Source of the DNA: Epiperipatus broadwayi
Lineage: Eukaryota; Animalia; Onychophora
Direction: 5' to 3'
DNA length: 64,000 nt
Assembly (NCBI GenBank): GCA_028023455.1
Contig: JAQFVV010000006.1
Coordinates: forward strand, 1,922,001 to 1,986,000
The translations under genes were made by a program, and so were the position numbers. Of this stretch, positions 51,616-61,297 are shown in pieces; positions within the stretch are counted from its first letter, which is position 1; every line of letters starts with the position of its first letter. The notes below the pieces were generated by a model, which was given only the letters and a program-made list of their open reading frames with translations, searched no databases and was not told the DNA's origin.

Positions 51616-52899
51616 GGTAATACAGCATCTATTGAGCCACACCATCCGATGGTGCTATTGCTAGTGAAAAATGAATAGATATAACGTTACTGGGCTGTTT
51701 TTCAAATTTTCTTGATTTATGGTTTTAATTTTTGGATTGGTTTGAATTTTTTACTTTTTTGTTTTGTTTGTTATTGTTTTTTCTTCTTTTTTTGTAACCA
51801 GTTTGATGTATATATTTTTGTTAAAAATCAAAAAATGATTTTTTTTTTTTTTTTTGGCTTTTAAAAATATTCCATCTTTTTTTTTTTTTTTTAAAAAAAA
51901 AAAAAACATTATTTCTTTTTGTCCGATCTCTTTTTTTTTATTTATAGAAACAACTTTTTTTTTATTTTTTATAACCAAGTCTTTTTTGATTATTTTTGAA
52001 GAAACTTTTTTTGGTTTGTTTTGTTTATCGAGAAACAAGGCTTTCTTGACAGACCTCTCTAAGACCTGTGGTCATATTCCTTACAGCAGCGTTTTGACAC
52101 CTTTCCAAGTCAGCTGTAATACACTTCCCTGTAAGCTGATCCCATCTTCAAGAATCAATTAACCGTACCGCTTAGGAAAAAGCAATTCCCAGCCAGCCCT
52201 CAAAACCCATCCCTTGAGTGAATGGAACCACTTCGTCACCATTGACGCGATGGACCTTCCATTCCAGATGTTTGACAATGCCTTAATTTCACTAAACCAC
52301 CACAAAAGACAGTTTTTTTTTATTTCTGGTTGTGTTAAATATTTTCTTTTTTGGGGTTGAAGGAAGGCCAGCACATTTGCCTTCTGTAGCAGATCAATCT
52401 CAAAACTACAACGCCGAACGGTCGTCGGCCATTGAACTGTTGTTTAGATCTTGAAAAAGTCTCGGAAAGTGCGCGACTTGATCGTGAACTTTGCCGAATC
52501 GTGATTTACACTCCTCATTTCATCAATTCTGACCTTTGACAATGAAAGGAGGGGCGTTTGACAATTCGTTACAATTTTTACAAACTCACATCAATTACAA
52601 TACATTGAAGCAAAAAAAAAATCCGTTCAATAGACTTTTCGTTATTACAAGTACAGAAACCTTCATATCATATGCTATACAATAGTCAAGAGTAATGTCT
52701 AGAGAGAGTGTCGTATACTCATCGCTAATAATGTTCAACATGCTAGAGATGTTAGGATAAGGGTGCACTTCAACATCTTAGTGTTTGAACAGTTTACAGG
52801 CCGTAAGATCTATGAGCGACCTTGTAAACAGCATATTTATGTGCTTTAGCATAGAAACAGCACCATCGAACGGTGTGGCTCAATAGATGCTGTATTACC
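51616..52899 (-). mobile_element. Decayed Merlin (IS1595/IS1016-like) DNA transposon
   Basis: ~40-bp TIR GGTAATACAGCATCTATTGAGCCACACC..CGATGGTGCT at both ends; 8-bp flanks TATCATCT / TATTATCC (6/8); fragmentary LLQKANVLA, RSIAS.VTKWFHS and LREVCQESL resemble the Merlin transposase N-terminus as I recall it. Confidence 0.65.
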
Positions 52900-52920
52900 T
52901 ATTATCCTATCATATTTTTT

Positions 52921-53256
52921 TTATTCTAACATTCTAATTGCTTTAATATTAAAAGAACTTTTAAATAAGTTGATGACTTCAGGTTCATAAATTTTCAATA
53001 ATAGACATTCTTTAATTCCTCTCTTTATTTCTATTCTTCCATAGAAAACAGCCTTAGCATGCTCAAACAGAATTTTATGACATGTGTTTCTTTTGTGGTT
53101 ATATAATGCATAAGTATTATAGTTATTTTTAATTTTATTTTTATTAACTTTTACTCTTTTGTTTAAGTTTAAATTACTTTTATTATTATAAGAACAAAAA
53201 ATGATGTAAACCACTCCAGAAATAACTTTCCTGTTACTTTTTTTAAAATTATTCAA
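52921..53256 (-). pseudogene. GIY-YIG endonuclease remnant of a Penelope-like retroelement
   Basis: SGVVYIIFCS...KRVKVNKNKIKN..TYALYNHKRNTCHKILFEHAK...IKRGIKECLLLK..IN follows the PLE pattern GVVY.I.C..C...YIG...RL.EH......SAL.EH....H.I.F......KR.I.E; YIG stretch missing. Confidence 0.7.
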
Positions 53257-54417
53257 TAAATTATTATATATTTGTGAAATAAATACAGATCGTAAAGTTA
53301 TGTTTGAGCAGGCTAAGATTATCTTCTGTGGGCAGAATGAAATAAAGAATATCTTGTATTGAAAATTTAGGATTCTGAAACTATTAGCTTATTTAAAAAT
53401 TCTTTTGGTATTACAGAATAATTGTAATGCTGGGTAGAAATATGGGATAGTAAGTTAGCATAAATTTATTTTGCGTTAGTGTTGCACTGCACTTGAGAAT
53501 AATGCCTGAATACTGGAACCAATTGTTCAGGAAATTTTAATGTTTAATTATATGTACCTATTGATTTTGTAATTATTTTTATTTTTGTATTAATAAAAAT
53601 ATAATATTCCTTAAACTTTGCATGTTTCCAAATGAAGTGCTTCTTTTTAAAATTGTTTGCCCCTTATTGATAATTTTTGCAAGCGTTATTTTTAAATATA
53701 TGTATTTTGTTATATTTATTATAATATAAAATTTTAGTTTGAAATAAATTACATAGATGGCCAGAAAATTGAAAATTCATTAAGACAACAAGACTTTAGC
53801 TCTGCCTTCTGTCCACCTTCATGAATGATCATTTTGTATTCTGACATTTTCTGATGTCACCATTTTTTATAACATTGTTAGAGAAAATAGTTGGAATATC
53901 CAAAAACATAATTATTTGTAAATTTATTACAATTCAAGATTTTTTTTGTACAATAATTTATACAATATTTATTATAAATCAAGAAAGTAAATTATTAATA
54001 ATTTATTTCGAATATTTTTAAAAACAGAACATTAGGTTCTTGGACAATGCAATCTTTCTCTGAAGGCATTTACAAGCTTTATGGCATCCATGTTATTGGT
54101 ATTCACTAGTATGAAAATATTGTAAAATTGCAATGAATATTGAAAAAATTTAAACTTTTAAAGCATAATTTATTAGATTTAAGAAAAATAAATAAATATT
54201 TATTCAGATTTTAAAAAGAAATGACAAATAACAAAGATTATTATTGATTTTGGAAAACAAAAATAATCTTTTTAGAAATAATGATGTATGAAGATTTTTA
54301 TTTTCATTATAAATTCTTTTTTTTTATATTTTCAGAAATAAAATGTGAATATTTAGAATTAGTCAAATTTATTGTTATCTGATAATGAAATATTTACTTC
54401 ATTAGCATGTAATCGAT

Positions 54418-54872
54418 AACATATGTGCTTTGCACACAGATTATGAAGTTTGTAAAAGCAATTAATACTCTGCAATTTAATGAGCTGAGCACTTTCGGAA
54501 GGCTCTATGCTTCCATAATCATAGCTACTAAAGTGTTGAGAACTATACAAATGTAGTATGCAAAATGATTAAAGACTATTTTTAAGAGAGAAAAGCATGT
54601 GTCACATCTATTGATTGATGTAGAATCACTTGCTATATAACATGCTTTCTTTACCTTATGTTTGGTGTTATTTATTTCAGAACAGACAACAAATGCAGTG
54701 GTTGGTTGGAAAACATAGCCAGTGGTCCTTTCATGTTCAGCAAAGATTGAATTAACACTTTAGTAGCTATAATTATGGAAGCATAAAGCCTCCCAAAAGT
54801 GCTCAGCTCATTAAATGGCAGAGTATTATTTACTTTTACAAACTTCATTATTTGTGTGCAAAGCACATATTT
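54418..54872. mobile_element. Foldback element (arms ~120 bp) with A3-U8 HHR motif in both arms
   Basis: 54418-54538 mirrors 54755-54872. Confidence 0.85.
54483..54526 (-). ncRNA. Type I hammerhead, A3-U8 core variant
   Basis: AGCT ATGATTA T GGAAG catagagc CTTCC GAAA GTGC TC AGCT; all three helices form; predicted cleavage between 54487 and 54486. Confidence 0.65.
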
Positions 54873-55368
54873 ATGTTTTCTGATAAGTAATAATAGTTTA
54901 ATCTTAAATTCAACGGTGAATGAGAAAACAAAGAAAATGATGAAAGCGGAAGGGTTAAACTAATTATACTATACTACTTTGTTATTTGAGCTGCCATAGA
55001 ATTTTAAAATTGAAAAAAAATATATAAAAATGATTTTATAATAGGTATTGAAAAATAATAAACATTTTTATTTACTTAAATAGGAACTAAGAGAAATGTG
55101 TGAATGGGGAACCCCTGAATAAGCAGTTGTCAAGGATCGTAATACTATGCATGTGCTTAGAGTGTAAAACAAAGATGGGATCATCGGGGAATGGAAGATC
55201 AGCAGAAATAAAATGTTAAAAATATTTGCTCGAAATTTGAGACGATTTTGTCTTCAAAATTTAAATAGAAAGTGTGTTGATATACGTCTGTGATATACTA
55301 TTTATAGCTGTATATGTTTAAAGAAGTATTGCTATATAAATGTCTGTGTGCATTAAATATTCTTTTAG

Positions 55369-55555
55369 ATTTCTCTGTTTATACGATCATGCAAAAGATG
55401 ATTTATGCTCGGAGAATGCGGTGAATTTACTCTCCTAACTATTATTGAGGCTGTGCATGACATTGAAAATAACATGAGATATTGTAGAACTATCAGTGAT
55501 TTGTTTTTAGATTTCATCCATAGCAACATTGATAATGATTCAATGTCTCAGTGCT
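55369..55555 (+). CDS. Candidate orphan exon (possible ATG at 55405), product unknown
   Basis: tcttttag| acceptor and |gtaagt donor around MLGECGEFTLLTIIEAVHDIENNMRYCRTISDLFLDFIHSNIDNDSMSQC; no homology recognised. Confidence 0.3.
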
Positions 55556-56517
55556 GTAAGTTTTTGTGTGTGTGTGCTTGCATGTATCAACTTTTGTATT
55601 TTATGTTGAATTACACGAGCAGATCTTAACCTTTTAGTATTTGAGATCCAACTTTCCATACCATTTTTACTCATGCCCCCCCCCCCCAATGATATTTTGG
55701 AGCCCTAACATTTTTTTTCTGTATATACTTTTCTTTTGGTGCTGTTATTTATGCATATTTATCTATTTTTTAAGGATGACATTCTATTTTTATATTAACA
55801 AAATATCTTTTTTTATATTGGTTTCAATATTTAGTTTCCCTCTCCCTAATTTTTTGCCTCTTTTTCATGTTTGTGTCCCACCTCCATAATGGGGCACAGC
55901 CCACAGATTGAGAATCCTCAATTACTATATAAATTGCTTTATATTAAACATTATATTCTGCTAATAGATAGCCATTAATCACAGCAAACTGTAGTGCTGA
56001 TATAAATAGAATTGTATTCTATGCATTGAAGTATTATTAAAAGTATTTCAAAGTACATGAGCCATAAATAATATAATTAACTCTAACAAGTTAACATTGT
56101 CTCTTAATTCACCTGGTGAGAGATTTTGAAAAAGCTTGACTTTTCACTTCTATATAAAGTCTTTATTTTATACTAGAACTCAATAAATTGGGCTTTTTTA
56201 ATTTAATTTTATAAACAATTAATATAAAAAAAATCACATTTTATTATTTTAAGTATTTAAAAACTGACTTGTAAATAAGAACAAAATATATCATAAACAT
56301 CAAACCTTTTGGAAAATGAATGAATTATTTTTTATTAAATTTTTTTTTAATGTGTATGAACAAAGGTGGATTTATGATAAATCTAGCAAAGACTACTAAT
56401 ATATGGTATGGATGAAGATCTGTCAGCCCCATATAGTTATTTGAGTTGGATAGCTGCGTTTGAAGACATGTAGGTGTCTGAAAATTTCAGATTTTCCTCT
56501 CAATAGATAACTTCTAG

Positions 56518-56670
56518 ATAAATGCTGGCTTTGGGTTGGTATTTTTAGATCTAGTGTCTGACCCTACCCTAGCACCTCTCTGAGGAGTGCCAAAGCATGA
56601 AACCATGGTCAGAGGTTTGGGGGGGTCCTGGCAGAGATATTTTAAATGCTGGCTCTGGCTAAGCATTTAT
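56518..56670 (+). mobile_element. Family E unit (~124-nt period) with terminal direct repeat
   Basis: aaatgctggct(t/c)tgg at ~56520 and ~56644 flank one HHR; gataaatgct / agcatttatc inverted ends. Confidence 0.6.
56574..56616 (+). ncRNA. Canonical minimal type I hammerhead (family E)
   Basis: ACCTCT CTGAGGA GTGC caaa GCAT GAAA CCATGG TC AGAGGT; perfect 6-bp helix I, palindromic ACCATGGT helix III, GUC cleavage after 56610. Confidence 0.85.
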
Positions 56671-57065
56671 CGCAAAACTTGTTGAGGAATTGGCAATCCT
56701 CATTGATTATATCTTATAAGCTTAAGAGAATTGGGTCATGTGATCTATGACTCTTATTTTGACTATTTCTAGCAAATTGTACTTTGAAATTTGATATTTA
56801 CTTTATAATTATTTAAATATTTGAAAAGATTCCAACAGTGTCAATTTTGACATATGGTGATTTTAGCAATGACATACACATAACTTATCATCCAGAAGGA
56901 AGGAATTTTTCAAAATAAATCTTTCGTTTAGAGAACAGAGTCAAGGCAATTGCTATTTTCTGTCATAAGATATTGACTTATTTAGATTTATTTTTCTAAT
57001 TAAAAAAAATCAATAAAAGCAATATGATCAAATTTATGATATTAAAAAAATTTCTACATTAATAC

Positions 57066-57162
57066 AACTGGTGGTGAAAGGTCAGCACAGCCGCCTTACA
57101 AGCAGTTGTCCTGGGTTCATGGGTTCGCTTCCTGCCCGATGCTATGATGCATGAAAAAAAAA
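57066..57162 (+). mobile_element. tRNA-Gly-derived SINE (TAC subfamily)
   Basis: ggtcagcacagccgccttacaagcagttgtcctgggttcatgggttcgcttcctgcccgatgctatgatgcatg A(n). Confidence 0.75.
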
Positions 57163-57646
57163 TTGTGTTTTAAAGCCACAAAATACCACACTTTTTTTTT
57201 AGGGAAACACCCAACACTTCTAAAAGACCATGAGAATGATTGTTCAGAGTATGACACTAAAATATCAAATAGTATAATATTATTTTTAGTCATAATTTAT
57301 TACTTAAATTATTGCCATATAATTAAGTATATTTCTTTTTGCCACATATTGTTCAGATTATACCATACTTTTAACACGCCACATGATAAATAAAAAAATG
57401 TATTATTATTATTATTATTATTATTAATAATGATGATGATGATGACGACCAAATTATTGAATAGTGAACATAATATCAATTGTTAGTTAGATTAAGTGTA
57501 GGAATATTATTGATTAATATTATTATTATTGTTGTTGAGGTGTAGTTAAGGATGATACAAAATCTCTCATCATACTTGGCTACAGGATGTTATAAATTAA
57601 ATCAATAATTTATTTTAAAGAATCTGAGATAATTATATTTTAATAA

Positions 57647-58233
57647 CAGTGTTATGAGATATTGTTGAGAGTGGTGGTCATGTGAAAGTCTGTTCTTATA
57701 TGTCCTATATATTACATATATAGACACAGGCATATAATAAGCCTGTGTGTTTCAGTTATTACATAGTAGAGATGTCTGCCCATCTCTTGTATATGTATTA
57801 AATGGATTATGTCCTGTATATGAGGTATCAGATTGACCTTAGGTCAACATGGGTGTGACAAGAATCTCAGCCTCAGGGTGGCCTTTGAGCATTCTATCAT
57901 CAGATTTTCAATTGGATGGACAGTTGAAGAGTTGGAGTGTGGAGTAGATTGAAGCCTGTCCATTAAGGTATGAGGATTGGCTATCTTAATATATGTCTGA
58001 GCACTTGTAGCATATATGTGTAGATATGGTAATCTGGACCAACTGATGATTGCTGGTTTAGCATGAAATACGTATATTGGTGATTATTTATCTTTTCAAC
58101 CTATATGTGTTCAAGTGTATCAGTGTTATGAGATATTGTGGAGAGTGGTGGGTCATGTGAAAGTCTGTGCTCATATACCCTATATATTGCATATATAGAC
58201 ACAGGTATATAATAAGCCTGTGTGTTTCAGTTA
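57647..58233 (+). mobile_element. Family C retrozyme-like repeat, ~1.24 units of a 474-bp monomer
   Basis: 57647-57760 repeats at 58121-58233; one HHR per unit. Confidence 0.85.
58030..58086 (+). ncRNA. Type I hammerhead with extended, bulged helix I (family C)
   Basis: TAATC tgg ACCAA CTGATGA T TGCTG gtt TAGCA T GAAA TACGTA TA TTGGT GATTA; palindromic ATACGTAT helix III; AUA cleavage after 58076. Confidence 0.75.
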
Positions 58234-59540
58234 ATAGCAGAGATTATAATTTATTTAATAATTTTATATTAGATTATTTATAATTTTTAAAATCTTAAGA
58301 ATGTTATGGATTTATTTTATTATTTGAAATAAAAGAGGGGATAGTGTTCTTATGCCATTGAGATTGTATCTTTTGGGATATATGCTCAATGTAATCCTAC
58401 TACTTTACCTTTCACCAAATGTCTCATGTTTATTATTATTATATTATTTTTTATTATTTATTTATTTAAATCAAACCATATATTCTTTATTATTAATTTG
58501 AGCTAGTATAGTGGTAAAAATTATTGTAAGATATTAAGACTTTCTACTAAATTAAGATTGAAAGTTTTAGCCAGAGCATTATTTTATTTAATTATTTCTA
58601 TTATATTGACCGAATGGTGAGGGTACAATATATAAAATGTATTATTTAATGGGACAAATCATAAATGTCATATAGTCAGTATCTCATTTTATGATGTTGA
58701 AATATGTAATTAATGTAGGGAAACCATATTGTCAACCTACTTTTTCGAAAACAATATCATCTAACTTTTTTCATGTGCTTTTCTCTTTACCCTATTCTAG
58801 AGCCACATAGTGAAAGCTTTAGTAAACAATGGTATAATACTATAATATTCTCATTCTCAGGTTGGTGTCTGGCCTTTTCTTCAGTATTTTGAAATTAGGA
58901 TTCAAAGCTGCAATTAAAACACTTATATATTGAACAGCTACCTTTTACTTTTATATTATTCAAGCTAAGAGTATGAAATTATCACCAAGATTTTTTATCC
59001 TTTCTTGCCAAGTGGTAGATGAGTCTTACAGTTGACCTTAAACTGAGATCTATAAAATACATAAACTGACTTGCTATCAGATCTGTATAATTATGCATGT
59101 CAGTTGATTTAGATTCAAGTATTTAGAATTTTTTTTTTTTTTTAATTTAATCTATTAGATCATATACTATAGAGGTCTAAACAGTGGCTGTTTGATGCAT
59201 AAACACATTAGTTCTAGCTTTGAATATATGTTCTCACTAATAAAAGCAAAAGCCAGAAACTGGTCTTGGGGATAGGGTTGAAATATTGTACTATTACATC
59301 ATTCTTTGACAATATGTGTATAAAATAAATGTCTTGGAAGTAGGATGGAGATATATATTCTTAAAATCAATTTCATTGTGTTATTATTATTTTTTTTTCA
59401 TATTTTATGAAGGCATATCATTGAAATAAAAGGTGTATATATTAATTTAAAATTTTAGATATAAGTAGATTGAATGAAAAATTTCTTTTGTCGAAGTTAT
59501 TTCAAAAATTAAACAAATAAAACGACTTAATGACATAGAG

Positions 59541-60031
59541 CAGGGGTGGGCAACAAGTCGATCGCAAAGCCAATTTTGATCGATCGTGAGCCAATCTGGC
59601 AAGAGCTGTCGGGTAATGAGTGAAACAAATTAAGTCAAGATTTTCAAGTTTTTTTTATTTTTGTTTTTGTTATAATTTTTTTTTCCAATTCTAGATAGGT
59701 GAAGTTCACTAAATTGTATCATTATTGAAAATAATATATCATTATTGAAAATAATATTTTTAATCTTGATTTAATGTAGCTAATTTGAATTAATAAATAT
59801 TGTTAATAATTACTCATGTTGCTTTAATTCCCCCGGACATGAGTTTTTTGGCCCATTAAATAATTGTTAATTTTTACTAGGTAGATATATAAAAATAGTA
59901 AGTACTTCACACCTCTCTCTACTTAGACTACGCCTTTGACAATAAGTCGATTGCCTATGACTTCAAGTCGATCGCAACACATTTTAAAAATAAAAAGTAG
60001 ATCTTATGAATACAAAAGTTGGCCACTCCTG
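59541..60031. mobile_element. hAT (Charlie-like) MITE
   Basis: TIR CAGGGGTGGGCAAC / GTTGGCCACTCCTG; perfect 8-bp target-site duplication ACATAGAG (59533-59540, 60032-60039). Confidence 0.92.
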
Positions 60032-60329
60032 ACATAGAGGACACATGTTTTTCAATGTCTGCGACATAGTAACAAGTCCAGGTTAGGTAAATCTAAGTAA
60101 CTTTCAATGCACATGCAGGCTTAGAATTTCTTTTTCTAGTTATCTTGCCTATAGCCCACCCATCCAGTGGATAAAAGGTAAAACAAACTTTTGTAATGAA
60201 TAACCATGTGAAGATTAAATATTTCTGTTTTTATTACATTTGTCCGTTTCTAGATGGGGGAAGAATTTGAATGATGCTCTGTTGTGAACCAATATTGGAT
60301 TGTTAACTAGATTTATTATGGGCTATGTG

Positions 60330-60470
60330 CCTGGGGGATAAATGTTAATCCTCTGAAGTCTTGGTTTGAATCCCAAATCGTAGGCACAGCGGGTGCACTA
60401 TTTCTGCACCATCTTGTAGTCAGGTAATATTGGTTAGTAAATGGGTCTACAATTATTTTTAGCTAGACGA
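60330..60470 (+). mobile_element. Old SINE family (B box plus conserved body); fragments also at ~7560-7620 and ~11440-11500
   Basis: GGTTTGAATCC at ~60363, followed by attggttagtaaatgggt...tttttagctaga shared by three loci. Confidence 0.5.
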
Positions 60471-60547
60471 TAAATGTTCCAGGCTAATCCGGATTTGATC
60501 AGGCGTGTCTCTATATAATTGTTAGCTAAAAACAGAAAAAGTATTAA

Positions 60548-61297
60548 ACATGTAATATATAGGGTATATGAGCACAGACTTTCACAAGACCCACCACTCT
60601 CCACTCTATCTAATAACACTAATACACTTAAACACATAAGTTGAAAAGATAAATAATCACCAATATTCGTATTTCATGCTAAACCAGCAATCATTAGTTG
60701 GTCCAAATTATCATCTCCACACATATATACTATAAGTGCTCAGATATATATTAAGATAGACAACCTTCTTACTTTAATGGACAGACTTCAATCTACTCCA
60801 CACTCCAACTCTTCAACCGTCCATCCAATTGAAAATCTGATGATGGAATGCTCAAAGGCCACTCTGAGGCCGAGATTCTTGTCACACCTATGTTGACCTA
60901 AGGTCAATCTGAACCCCACATGTACAGGACATAATCCATTTAATACATATGCAAGGATAGGCAGACATCTCTACAATGTAATAACTGAAACACAGGCTTA
61001 TTATATAACTGTGTCTATATATATATGTAATATGTAGGGTATATGAGCACAGACTTTCCCACGACCCACCACTCTCCACTCTATCTAATAACACTGATAC
61101 ACTTAAACACATATATGTTGAAAAGATAAATAATCACCAATATCCGTATTTCATGCTAAACCAGCAATCATCAGTTGGTCCAGATTATCATCTCCACACA
61201 TATAAACTATAAGTGCTCAGATATGTATTAAGATAGACAATCTTCATACTTTAATGGACAGGCTTCAATCTATTCCACACTCCAACCGTCCATCCAT
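60548..61297 (-). mobile_element. Family C retrozyme-like repeat, ~1.58 units of a 475-bp monomer, two HHRs (60655-60710, 61131-61186)
   Basis: agggtatatgagcacagac at 60561 and 61036; reverse complement aligns to 57647-58233 but starts at a different point of the unit. Confidence 0.88.

Noticed and set aside
52921-53256. HKILFEHAKAVFYGRI resembles bacterial SufD (possible horizontal transfer or contamination)
   Set aside because: The whole ORF, including GVVYxIxC and ALYNH...H.I.F, fits a PLE GIY-YIG domain better, and a downstream HHR remnant supports that.
60837-60843. CTGATGA on the opposite strand of family C (possible ribozymes in both polarities, viroid-like)
   Set aside because: No GAAA follows a helix II; the nearest GAAA is 2 nt upstream, leaving no room for helices III and I.
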